Assembly (NCBI GenBank): GCA_041397065.1
Contig: JAWKXG010000012.1
Span: 267-64,266 of the forward strand
Source of the DNA: Paracoccaceae bacterium
Lineage (GTDB): Bacteria; Pseudomonadota; Alphaproteobacteria; Rhodobacterales; Rhodobacteraceae
Direction: 5' to 3'
Length of the DNA stretch: 64,000 nucleotides
Below the pieces are notes generated by a model, which saw only the letters and a list, made by a program, of their open reading frames with translations, had not been told where the DNA came from and ran no database searches. Numbering within the stretch: position 1 is the first letter of the stretch; every line of letters begins with the position of its first letter. Position numbers and translations under genes: made by a program. This document shows positions 18,752-28,195 of this stretch, one piece after another.

Positions 18752-20748
18752 ATGACATCCTTGCCACCGATGGCCGTTTTCCACGACGTGCTTGCCGGGG
18801 CTTTCATCTCTGGCCGCAGGAATCCGGGCGTGCTGTGGCCGGCTCTTGAAAATCAGACCATCGCGCGCCTGGCAACACGGCAGCCGGATCTGCATCGGCA
18901 CCGGAAATCGACGACAGCAACCCCGACATTGTCGAGGAACCTGCCGTCTTTGTTTCGATGCATGACGGACATTTCGGGCACATCGCGTTCGGAAAACCAT
19001 CTCGCGCATTCCACAGGCGATGGCGGAATGCCCCGGAATGCCGTTGTATTTCACGGCCGGTTGGCAGGCCGATGGAGTATGCGGATGCATCGCGTTCGTT
19101 CCGGGCGATCATGGAATGGCTGCGCATTCCGCCCGAACAGATCCGGTTTATCCACAAACCGACGCTGTTTCGCGAACTCAGAGTCGCCGCGCAAGCCGAA
19201 TTCCTGGACGGGCCGCGCACGGTGAACGAGTATCTCGACCTGGTCGAGGATCGGATCGCCGGAAACCTGCCCGAGATCGAGCCCAAGGGGATCGTCTTCG
19301 TCGCGCGCACGCTGATGCCGCGCGAACAGGGGTTTTCGGCGGGCGAGGTCTATCTGGTCTCGTGCTTGCGTCAACTGGGGATCGAGGTCATCCATCCCGA
19401 GCGGATGCCGCTTATCGAGCAGATGAAGACCTATGCCGGGGCCAAGCACCTGATCTTTTCCGAAGGGTCGGCGATTCACGGGCGGCAGCTTCTGGGCCGG
19501 ATCGACCAGAACATCGCGATCCTGCGGCGCCGGTTTCGCAGTTTCGTGGCCTATGGCCAGCTCGAGCCCCGCTGCACGACCCTGACCTATATCGGCTGTT
19601 TTCAGGGTGCCTTGTCGATCGTTGGGCCCGAAGGCTCGACCGTTCAGCACGCGATGTGCAGCCAATACAACATGGAGCCCGTCTTCGATCATTTCGAGGC
19701 GCTTGGCGTCCCGCTTCGGTCGGTCTGGAACTGGGGCGAATATTGCCGGATGCGCGACGAGGACGTCATTTCCTGGGTGCGCACGCTGTATTCGCCCAAC
19801 GTGTCGCCGTGGCTGCGTCCGCAGAACAGCGACGAACAATTGCTTGCGCAGTTGGAACCGCAAAACCTCGGGCATTTGCGCGAAGAGGTGATCGCGCTGA
19901 TCCACGCGCTGCGGGGCACGCAGCCCGCGCCACAACCAGTTGCCGCCCCCGCGATCATCCCCAAGCGCGAGAATGCCGCCGACATCCTGTGCATCGGGTC
20001 ACAGCGCGCTGCCACGACATGGGCGCATCGCGTCCTCGCGGCTCACCCGGCTGTGGCGCCTTTTGCCGATTTCTCGCCGCTGACAGATGGGCGCAAGGGC
20101 GTGCATTACTGGGATCGCAACCACAAGCGCGGGCCGGATTGGTACCGGGCGGTGTTGCGCCCGGCGAACGACACGCAGCGCAGTCTTGACGTATCGCCGT
20201 CCTATGCGCTGCTCGGCCCGGCCCAGATCGCCGAATGCAAGGCCCTGAACCCGACCGCGCGCGTGATTGCCATGCTGCGCGATCCCTTGGCGCAAGCGGT
20301 GTCGATGATCCGGGCGCATGTGATGGCTGCGACGAACAATGCCCAAGCCGACACGCGCGTGATCCGGTTCGATGACGGGTTCCGGACCCTGTGCGAACGT
20401 TTGCGCCTGCGCGATCATGCCGATGCTGCGGCGCAGGTCAGGCGGTGGCGCGTGGCCTATCCCGACCTGATGATCCTTGCGTCGGAGACGATCGCCCCCG
20501 ACCCCGGGCTGGCCGCGCGGCGCTTGCTCGAGTCGGCGGGCTTGTCGATGGACGGCCTGACGATGGCCGAGCAGGCCCTGTTCGAAACGGTTGCGCGGCG
20601 TGTCGAGCGGCCTTCGCTGCCTTATCGGTTCGAATCCGATTGTCTTTATTTCTTGCATGGCATGCTGGCCCCGGCCCGCGACGCGGTTGCCGCGGAGATG
20701 GGCCTGCGATTTACCGAAGGCGAGGCCCTGTTGAACGCGATGGCCTGA
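18752..20748 (+). pseudogene. Glycosyltransferase family 61-like / sulfotransferase fusion with frameshifted 5' region (pseudogene or sequencing errors)
   Basis: GT61-like HFGH and HPERMPLIEQ..SEGSAIH motifs; C-terminal sulfotransferase-like CIGSQRAATTW and RDP. Coding segments between 18860 and 19070 switch among three frames. Confidence 0.6.
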
Positions 20749-20752
20749 CATA

Positions 20753-20784
20753 TTATGCGCAAAATACTAGTGTTTTGCGCATAA
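20753..20784. repeat. 32-bp near-perfect palindrome TTATGCGCAAAA-TACTAGTG-TTTTGCGCATAA
   Basis: Directly visible, AT-rich, between the GT61 stop and the WGR gene. Confidence 0.85.
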
Positions 20785-20823
20785 GACGCTAGGATCGGGC
20801 TGAAACCTGATCCGGTGTTGCGC

Positions 20824-21054
20824 ATGGTGTCCTATCTCGTGAACCGCTCGCCCGCGCGGAACCGTCACCGGTTCTATCGCCTCGATGTCGCGCCTGATCT
20901 GTTCGGGGCGTGGTGCCTTGTGCGGGGCTGGGGCAGGATCGGAACGCGTGGCCAACAGAAGATCGACGCCTTTGCCAGTGCCGACGAGGCAAGGCGGGCG
21001 ATGGCGCGGCTGGCCGCCTCGAAGAAGCGTCGGGGATATCGTGATGGGGGATGA
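20824..21054 (+). CDS. Stand-alone WGR domain protein
   Basis: RNRHRFYRL..DLFG.W.L.RGWGRIG..GQ..K..RGY matches the WGR consensus. Confidence 0.88.
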   Translation: MVSYLVNRSPARNRHRFYRLDVAPDLFGAWCLVRGWGRIGTRGQQKIDAFASADEARRAMARLAASKKRRGYRDGG

Positions 21055-22030
21055 CGACGACGACCTGTGGTTTCTCCCCGGGCCGGTGGAGGACGACGAT
21101 CTGTCGCCCTTGCCGCGCGCCGACTCGCGGTTGTTGTTCGACCCGGACGAATGGCGGCGAGCCGAGGCTGCGCAGGCTGGCGAACTGGCGCATCTGGCGC
21201 TGCTGTTTGGCGAACTGGACGCGCGGTTGCGCATGGCAGACCCCCGGCAAAGGGCCGGTCTGAACCACCGGTTGGCGTTGAACGAGGCCGCCGACATCGC
21301 GTGGTGGGCCGGCGATCGATTCGCGGTCGAGCGTCTGGGCCTGTGGTTGGCACTGCGGATCGGATCGACCGCCGAGACCGAGGACACCATCGCCCGCGCC
21401 GGCTGGGCCGTGCGCCGCCTGACCGAGGGGCCGCCGCCGGCACAGGGGTTGGCGGCTTTCCTTGAACGTCCGGCTGACAGCGCGGTTGCCGATCTTGCCG
21501 ATACACTGGCCGCGTTCGCCGGGCTCAACCCCGTTACGCAGTCGGCGATGCTGTTCCATGCTTGGCGGATGATCGGCCCTGAACAGGCGCGCGATGTCGA
21601 GGCGGCGGTTCTTGCGGCCCGCCATGGCGCGACCCTCAGCCGCTCGCCGGGGCAGGGGGCCCAGTTCCTGCCGCTGGTCACGACCGGACCGGGGGCCTTG
21701 CGCGGACAGGGCGAGCCGCTGCGCAAACTCTCCGCCTGGATCGAGGGTGCGGCGCAGGCCTGCCTTGCCGCCTTGCTGGCACTGGAGAGGCTGCGAGTCT
21801 GGCGCCAGCGGGCTGATGCGGCCACGGCCGACCTGTCGGGCCGCGTTCCCGCGCTGCTTTTGGATGTCCTCGAGACGTGGCCGCTGGTGCCCGCCCCGCT
21901 GGCCGAGGCTGAAACGGGGGCCTCGCGGGCGGCGGTGCAGCGCAATCTGGACCGGCTGGCCGAAAGGGGCCTCGTGCGCGAGGTGACCGGGCAGGGCCGC
22001 TTTCGTGTCTGGACCGCCGAGGCCCCTTGA
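21044..22030 (+). CDS. Plasmid-associated helical protein with C-terminal HTH (degenerate Fic-like)
   Basis: DLWFLPGP N-terminus; C-terminal SRAAVQRNL..GLVREVTGQGRFRVW wHTH. No HPFxxGNGR motif. Confidence 0.65.
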   Translation: MGDDDDDLWFLPGPVEDDDLSPLPRADSRLLFDPDEWRRAEAAQAGELAHLALLFGELDARLRMADPRQRAGLNHRLALNEAADIAWWAGDRFAVERLGLWLALRIGSTAETEDTIARAGWAVRRLTEGPPPAQGLAAFLERPADSAVADLADTLAAFAGLNPVTQSAMLFHAWRMIGPEQARDVEAAVLAARHGATLSRSPGQGAQFLPLVTTGPGALRGQGEPLRKLSAWIEGAAQACLAALLALERLRVWRQRADAATADLSGRVPALLLDVLETWPLVPAPLAEAETGASRAAVQRNLDRLAERGLVREVTGQGRFRVWTAEAP

Positions 22031-22077
22031 ACGCTCTCGAAGCCCGCGCCACACTGCCCGCACCAGAGTGAAGAGAG

Positions 22078-24483
22078 ATGCCCATGCGCAGCGAGGCACA
22101 GGCAGTTGTCATCGGCGGCGGGGTGATCGGGTGCTTGATCCTCTATCATCTGGCCAAGCTGGCTGGACATCGTCTTGCTGAACGCGACGAACTCACGTCT
22201 GGATCGACGTGGCACGCGGCGGCGAATATCCACGGTCTTCACGACAACAACACGATCACCCGGATCCAGAACTACACGATGGATCTGTACAAAAGCCTCG
22301 AGGTCGAGACGGGGCAGGGCTGCGGTGTGTTCCAGCCCGGTTCTCTGTATCTGGCACAGACCCGCGACCGCGAACACCAACTGCGCCTGCAGGCGGCCAA
22401 GGCCCGGTATTATGGACTGAACTTCCACGAGATCACCCGCGACGAGGCCGAGCGCCTGCATCCGCTGGTGAATTTCGACGGTATCCGCTGCATCATGTTC
22501 GAAGCATCCGGCGGGAACGTCGATCCGTCGGGGGTCACGCAGGCCTATGCCACGGGCGCGCGGCAACGCGGCGCCGAGATCCACCGCTTTACCCCTGTCA
22601 CCGCGACCGAGGCGCAGGCCGATGGCCGCTGGATCGTGCGCACGCCCAAGGGCGATATCCGAACCGACTGGGTCATCAACGCGGCCGGCCTTTGGGGGCG
22701 AGAGGTGGCGGCGCTGGCGGGGATCACGCTGCCGCTGCAACCGACCGAACACCAGTATTTCGTGACCGAGACGATCCCCGAGATCGCCGCTCTGGATCGT
22801 CGTTTGCCTTCGGTCGCCGATCGGGACGGCGAATACTACCTGCGGCAAGAGGGCAAGGGCCTGTTGGTCGGCGCATACGAGCGCGACATGCGGTTCTGGG
22901 CCGAAGACGGCACGCCGCTGGATTTCGCGCATGACCTCTTTCCGGACGACCTCGGCCGGATCGAAGAAAACATGCTGCGCGCCATCGCCCGGGTGCCGGT
23001 CGTCGGCGCGGCGGGGATCAAGCGCGTGATCAACGGGCCGATGATCTGGTCGCCCGACGCGAATGTGCTGTTCGGGCCGCATCCGGATTTGCGCAACTAT
23101 TTCTGCTGCAACGGAATCATCCCCGGTTTTTCCCAATCGGGCGGCATGGGCCTGATGGCGGCACAGTGGATCGTCGAAGGTGAAAGCCATCAAGACATGT
23201 TCGCTTGGGATGTCGCGCGGTTCGGCGATTGGGCGGATGCCGCCTTTACCCGGGCGCGGGTGCGCGACCAGTATGCGCACCGCTTCAAGATCCACTTCCC
23301 CAACGAAGAACGCGCCGCCGGTCGTCCGGTGCGAACCCGTCCCGTCTATGCGCGCCAACAGGAATTGGGCGCCGTCTTCGGCCTTGCCGCCGGGTGGGAG
23401 CACCCGTTGTATTTCGCAAAGGATGTGCCCGACAGCGCAGGTTTTACCCGCCAACCGTGGTTCGATGTCGTGGGGGCGGAGTGTCGTATGCTGCGCGAAC
23501 GGGCAGGGATCGTCGATATCTCGACATACGCGCGCTATGGAGTGCAGGGCGCCGGGGCGGGGGATTGGCTGGATGCGCTGTTCGCCAATCGCATGCCCCG
23601 CATTCCGGGGCGCAGCTGCCTCACCCCGTTGATCGGGGTGCGAGGGGGGATCGCGGGCGATTTCATCGTCACCATGCTGGCCGAGGATGACTATCTCGTG
23701 GTGGGGTCGGGCATGGCCGAAGGGTATCACCGCCGGTTCTTCGATGCCGTGCCGCGCCCGGCTTCCGTGCGATTCACGCGGCAGTCGGTCGAGATGGCCG
23801 GGTTCAACGTTGCGGGTCCGCTTTCGCGTGACCTCCTGCAGCGACTGACGGACACGTCGCTGGAAACAACGGCCTTCCCCTTCCTGCGCTCGGCCCGGAT
23901 GCGGGTTGCGGATGTGCCCGTTTCGGCCATTCGCGTCTCGTTTACTGGCGATCTGGGATGGGAGTTGCACTGCGATGCAGCCGATCAGGACCGTCTCTAT
24001 GCCGCCCTGATCGAGGCTGGCGCTGGCATCGGGGCAGGGCCCGTCGGTGCGCGGGCCTTGGGCAGTCTGCGGCTGGAAAAGGGATATGGGTCGTGGGGGC
24101 GGGAATACAGCCCCGAATACTGGCCCCACGAGGCGGGGCTGGACGGGTTGGTTCGGCTGGACAAGGACTTCCTGAACAAGGCGGCCTGCGCGGCGGTCAT
24201 GGGCCAGCCACCGCGCGAGCAATTGGGCATGGTCGAGGTTCTTGATACCGCCGAAGCTGACGCCAGCGGCGGCGAGCCGATCTTTACCCCTGACGGACGC
24301 CCCGTCGGGCGGGTGACGACCGGCGGCTATGGGTTTGGCGTCGGCGCATCGCTGGCATTGGCCTATCTGCGCGGGGTGGCACCGGGCGACGAGGTTTCGG
24401 TGATGATTCTGGGCCAGCCGCATCGCGGACGGGTCCTTTTGCACCCGCCGTTCGACCCTGAGGGCCTTCGACTGCGGGGTTGA
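22078..24483 (+). CDS. GcvT-family FAD-dependent oxidoreductase (dimethylglycine/sarcosine dehydrogenase-like)
   Basis: GGGVIG, TSGSTWHAA, INGP, SFTGDLGWELH and LRLEKGY motifs. Confidence 0.88.
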   Translation: MPMRSEAQAVVIGGGVIGCLILYHLAKLAGHRLAERDELTSGSTWHAAANIHGLHDNNTITRIQNYTMDLYKSLEVETGQGCGVFQPGSLYLAQTRDREHQLRLQAAKARYYGLNFHEITRDEAERLHPLVNFDGIRCIMFEASGGNVDPSGVTQAYATGARQRGAEIHRFTPVTATEAQADGRWIVRTPKGDIRTDWVINAAGLWGREVAALAGITLPLQPTEHQYFVTETIPEIAALDRRLPSVADRDGEYYLRQEGKGLLVGAYERDMRFWAEDGTPLDFAHDLFPDDLGRIEENMLRAIARVPVVGAAGIKRVINGPMIWSPDANVLFGPHPDLRNYFCCNGIIPGFSQSGGMGLMAAQWIVEGESHQDMFAWDVARFGDWADAAFTRARVRDQYAHRFKIHFPNEERAAGRPVRTRPVYARQQELGAVFGLAAGWEHPLYFAKDVPDSAGFTRQPWFDVVGAECRMLRERAGIVDISTYARYGVQGAGAGDWLDALFANRMPRIPGRSCLTPLIGVRGGIAGDFIVTMLAEDDYLVVGSGMAEGYHRRFFDAVPRPASVRFTRQSVEMAGFNVAGPLSRDLLQRLTDTSLETTAFPFLRSARMRVADVPVSAIRVSFTGDLGWELHCDAADQDRLYAALIEAGAGIGAGPVGARALGSLRLEKGYGSWGREYSPEYWPHEAGLDGLVRLDKDFLNKAACAAVMGQPPREQLGMVEVLDTAEADASGGEPIFTPDGRPVGRVTTGGYGFGVGASLALAYLRGVAPGDEVSVMILGQPHRGRVLLHPPFDPEGLRLRG

Positions 24484-24656
24484 GGCCCAGATTTCGGCCA
24501 TTTCCTTGCGTTCGGGCTGCTTCTGGCCACAAAATATGGAAAACGTCTTGCGCGAATCTACCGACTGGGCCAATAGTCACGAAAAAGCGTGATTAAACGC
24601 CAGAATCCGTGAACACGAAGAACGAGCAAATCACGGATCTTGCAAGTCGAGGGTAC

Positions 24657-25844
24657 ATGAGCGCGCACCGTCCGCAAGACGACCTTAATTCGGTCATCCG
24701 CCAGCATTCCGAATGGCTGGCGTCGCAGTTGCAGACGCAGCGCGAGAATCTTTTTCCGCCCGATTCCTCGAAGACCATGCGCACCTTCACCTCGGGCGAG
24801 GCTGCGGCGCTGCTGGGGATCAACGATTCCTATCTGCGCAAGTTGCATCTGGAGGGCCGGGGCCCCCAGCCCGAGGTCACGCCGGGCAATCGCAGACACT
24901 ATTCTGTGCAGGATCTGCATGATCTTCGCGCCTTGCTGGAAAAGACCGCGCGGCGTCCGGGCGATTATCTTCCGGGTCGTCGCGACGGTGACCATATGCA
25001 GGTCATCGGCGTCATGAATTTCAAGGGCGGATCGGGCAAGACCACCACTGCCGCGCATCTGGCGCAGCGGCTGGTCCTCAAAGGCTATCGGGTGCTGGCG
25101 ATCGATCTGGACCCGCAAGCCTCGATGACCGCGCTGTATGGGGTTCAGCCCGAATTCGACCTGCCCGATGGCGGGACCTTGTATGACGCGATCCGTTATG
25201 ACGATCCGGTGCCCATCGCGCAGGTGATCCGGCGCACCTATCTGCCGGGGCTGGACCTGATCCCCGGGAACCTCGAACTGATGGAGTTCGAACACGACAC
25301 CCCCCGCGCCCTTTCGCAGGGCAACGCGGGGCTGTTCTTTTTCCGCGTCAAGGAAGCGCTTGCGCAGGTTGATGCCGATTATGATGTCGTGGTCATCGAT
25401 TGCCCGCCTCAACTGGGTTTCCTGACGATGTCGGCCTTGTCGGCGGCAACCGGCGTTTTGGTGACCATTCACCCGGAAATGCTGGATGTCATGTCCATGA
25501 GCCAGTTCCTGCGGATGACCGCCGACCTGATGGACGTGATCGCCGAGTCGGGCGCGGATATGTCGCACGACTGGATGCGCTATGTGTTGACACGGTATGA
25601 ACCGACCGACGCACCGCAGAACCGGATCGTTGCCTTTCTTCGCACGATGTATGGCGACAAGGTGCTGAATGCGCCCATGCTCAAATCCACAGCCATTTCT
25701 GACGCCGGTCTGACCAAGCAGACGCTATACGAGGTTGAACGTTCGGCCTTCACGCGCACGACCTATGACCGAGCGATCGAAAGCCTGAACGCCGTCAATG
25801 ACGAGATCGCCCAGTTGATCCAGCAGACATGGGGGCGTCGATGA
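24657..25844 (+). CDS. repA: Plasmid partitioning ATPase RepA
   Basis: N-terminal HTH, Walker A FKGGSGKTT, DLDPQAS and DCPPQLG; first gene of the repABC triad. Confidence 0.95.
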   Translation: MSAHRPQDDLNSVIRQHSEWLASQLQTQRENLFPPDSSKTMRTFTSGEAAALLGINDSYLRKLHLEGRGPQPEVTPGNRRHYSVQDLHDLRALLEKTARRPGDYLPGRRDGDHMQVIGVMNFKGGSGKTTTAAHLAQRLVLKGYRVLAIDLDPQASMTALYGVQPEFDLPDGGTLYDAIRYDDPVPIAQVIRRTYLPGLDLIPGNLELMEFEHDTPRALSQGNAGLFFFRVKEALAQVDADYDVVVIDCPPQLGFLTMSALSAATGVLVTIHPEMLDVMSMSQFLRMTADLMDVIAESGADMSHDWMRYVLTRYEPTDAPQNRIVAFLRTMYGDKVLNAPMLKSTAISDAGLTKQTLYEVERSAFTRTTYDRAIESLNAVNDEIAQLIQQTWGRR

Positions 25845-26794
25845 GCGACGGTCGAAAAAAGCGCCTGTCGATGCTGGACCAGCTCACGCAAGCCGGAGCA
25901 CCCGGTGCCGCGGCCAGCATGATGGCAACGAACCGCGCCCTGCGCTCGGCGCGCGATGCGGTCGACACGCATCGTGTCTGGGATCTTGATGCCGCGCAGG
26001 TGATCGACGACCGCACCACCGACCGTCTGGATACCGGCGATCTTGCGGAACTGCGCGCATCGATTGCCGCGCATGGCCAGAGCGTGCCGATCCTTGTCCG
26101 GCGCGACCCTGACGACCCCGAACGCTATCGGCTGGTTTATGGGGCGCGGCGACTGGCGGCGATACAGGGCATGGATCCGCGGCCCAAGGTGCGCGCGCTG
26201 ATCGCGACAATGGATGACGATGCCGCCCTGCGCGCGCAGGTCAGCGAGAACAGCGCCCGGCGGGATTTGAGCTTTATCGAGCGCGCGCTTTTTGCCTGCC
26301 GTCTTCTGGATGGCGGATTCGGGACACAGCAGCAGGTCGCCGAGGTTCTGAACATCGGCAAGTCGGCGGTGTCGATGGCGGTCTCGGTCGCCCGCGCGAT
26401 CGGCCCCGATCTTGTGATGGCCATAGGCCCCGCGCCCGGTGTCGGTCGTCCCAGATGGGAGGCCCTTGCCCAAGACATCCAGGCCAGCGGTGCAGACATC
26501 GCCGCGCTGGTGACACTCGCGCGCCAAACGCGCGATGACGGCGGTGGGGGCGATGCGGCCTCGGTCCGTGCGTTTGACAAGGTGGCCCGCGCAGCCCGCG
26601 TGCCCCGCCCCGAAACTCCGGCCGAAAGCCGCCCGCTGATGCTGAACGGCGTTGCCGCCGGCATCGTGCAGCGAACCGCGAAAGGCGTGAAGCTGGATCT
26701 GACGCTGTCGGATCCCGGCTTTGCCGCGTGGCTGGAAGCCGAAGCCGAACCGTTGCTGACGACGCTCTACGCGCGTTGGAAGCGGCAGTCCTGA
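25841..26794 (+). CDS. repB: Plasmid partitioning protein RepB (ParB-like)
   Basis: GQSVPILVR, YGARR, ENSARRDLSFIE and GPAPGVGRPRW motifs. Confidence 0.95.
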   Translation: MSDGRKKRLSMLDQLTQAGAPGAAASMMATNRALRSARDAVDTHRVWDLDAAQVIDDRTTDRLDTGDLAELRASIAAHGQSVPILVRRDPDDPERYRLVYGARRLAAIQGMDPRPKVRALIATMDDDAALRAQVSENSARRDLSFIERALFACRLLDGGFGTQQQVAEVLNIGKSAVSMAVSVARAIGPDLVMAIGPAPGVGRPRWEALAQDIQASGADIAALVTLARQTRDDGGGGDAASVRAFDKVARAARVPRPETPAESRPLMLNGVAAGIVQRTAKGVKLDLTLSDPGFAAWLEAEAEPLLTTLYARWKRQS

Positions 26795-26839
26795 CACCCC
26801 GAAACCGATAACATCAACCACAGGAGGCACGAGACAGGC

Positions 26840-26896
26840 ACAAGAAAAAGGTCCCGCAAAGCTTTCGCCCCACGAGACCCGAACTTTGTTCTTAGC
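26840..26896 (-). ncRNA. Putative repABC counter-transcribed incompatibility RNA (ctRNA)
   Basis: In the repB-repC spacer: minus-strand TTGCGG-17bp-TACTTT promoter (26931-26903) with nearby GANTC sites, and a minus-strand U-rich end (+ strand AAGAAAAAGG). Ends are approximate. Confidence 0.6.
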
Positions 26897-26981
26897 ACCC
26901 TCAAAGTATCGGTCTGATTCGATCTCCGCAAGTCCCAAGTGATTCGCGGCGCGGGAATTCTTTGCCTTCGTGAAGCAGAAC

Positions 26982-28178
26982 ATGGGTTACACACCTGTAA
27001 CGCCCTTTCGGCGGGCGATGGATGCTGCGCATCTGACAGCTGACCGAGCCGCGGCCGAGGCCCCGCCGCCCGGTGGCGTCAACAAATGGGAAGCCCTGCG
27101 TGAGCTGGCGGCTGCCCGCACCCGCTTTGGCCTGAGCGACCGTGACATGGGGGTTCTGCAGGCGCTGGTTTCCTTTCATCCGCAGGGGTTGCTGGGCGGG
27201 AACAGCGCGCAGATGGTCGTGCATCCGTCGAACGAGGCGCTCTGCGCCCGGCTGAACGGCATGCCCGGATCGACCCTTCGTCGGCATCTGGCGCATCTGG
27301 TCGCCGCGGGGGTCATTGCCCGGCGCGACAGCCCCAACGGCAAGCGCTATGCCCGCATCGAAGAGGGTGAAAAGGTGGCCTTCGGCTTCGATCTTGCGCC
27401 GCTGGCGACGCGATTTGCCGAATTCTGCGCCGAGGCCGAGGCGATCCGCGCCGAAACGCAAGCCCTTCACCGGCTGCGCGAGACGGTCAGCCTCATGCGG
27501 CGCGATCTCGCCGGGCTGTCGGCCTATGGCGCCGAGATCCGGCCGGATATGACCATCTGGGACACCTTTCAGGCATTGGCCGCGACGGCGACCCGGTTGT
27601 TGCGTCGCAAGCTCGAGGCTGGCGATCTGGCGATTCTGCACGATGATCTGTCCACAGCGTTGATCCGCGCTCGGGGGATCCTCGAACCATCCGCAGAAGA
27701 ATCGAGCATCAATCACGCTGAAAATGAGCAGCACTCTCAGAATTCAAATACAAACTCTCATGATCTTGAACTTCGCATAGAACATGCGAAAGCGGCGGGG
27801 GCAGAGCCTCTGAGTGACGCCGATCCTGCCGAAATGCCGCCCGACGACACGAAACTGCCGCGGATGCCCTTGGGGCTGGTCCTGACCGCTTGCCCGGAAA
27901 TCCAGACCTATGCGGATGGACCAATCCGGCATTGGCACGAGTTTGTTCGGGCCGCCGATGTTGTCCGACCGATGATGGGAATTTCGCCATCGGCGTGGGA
28001 TGACGCGCGACAGGCAATGGGCCCCGAGGAAGCTGCGGTCGTGGTTGCCGCGATGTTGCAACGCTTCGATTCGATCCAATCCCCAGGGGGATATTTGCGA
28101 GCGTTGACAAACCGGGCGTTGGACGGGGCGTTTTCGTCCGGGCCGATGATCATGGCCCTGATGCGTCGGGCCGCGTGA
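26982..28178 (+). CDS. repC: Plasmid replication initiator RepC
   Basis: VHPSN..L, STLRRHLA.LV, RRDSPNGKRY, FGFDLAPL, MMGIS.SAW and SPGGYLR motifs. The AT-rich internal segment near 27700-27790 is consistent with oriV. Confidence 0.95.
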   Translation: MGYTPVTPFRRAMDAAHLTADRAAAEAPPPGGVNKWEALRELAAARTRFGLSDRDMGVLQALVSFHPQGLLGGNSAQMVVHPSNEALCARLNGMPGSTLRRHLAHLVAAGVIARRDSPNGKRYARIEEGEKVAFGFDLAPLATRFAEFCAEAEAIRAETQALHRLRETVSLMRRDLAGLSAYGAEIRPDMTIWDTFQALAATATRLLRRKLEAGDLAILHDDLSTALIRARGILEPSAEESSINHAENEQHSQNSNTNSHDLELRIEHAKAAGAEPLSDADPAEMPPDDTKLPRMPLGLVLTACPEIQTYADGPIRHWHEFVRAADVVRPMMGISPSAWDDARQAMGPEEAAVVVAAMLQRFDSIQSPGGYLRALTNRALDGAFSSGPMIMALMRRAA

Positions 28179-28179
28179 T

Positions 28180-28195
28180 GTTCACAGCTGTGAAC
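28180..28195. promoter_or_regulatory. parS partition site GTTCACAGCTGTGAAC
   Basis: Perfect 16-bp palindrome matching the repABC parS consensus GTTNNCNGCNGNNAAC, immediately after the repC stop. Confidence 0.85.

Noticed and set aside
20753-20784. Chromosomal dif / pdif site
   Set aside because: The arms point the wrong way relative to the XerC-6bp-XerD layout and there is no XerD arm. Kept only as an unexplained palindrome.
20767-24573. 1268-aa minus-strand ORF
   Set aside because: Antisense shadow of the WGR, HTH and GcvT genes. It has no motifs and is a typical high-GC artefact.
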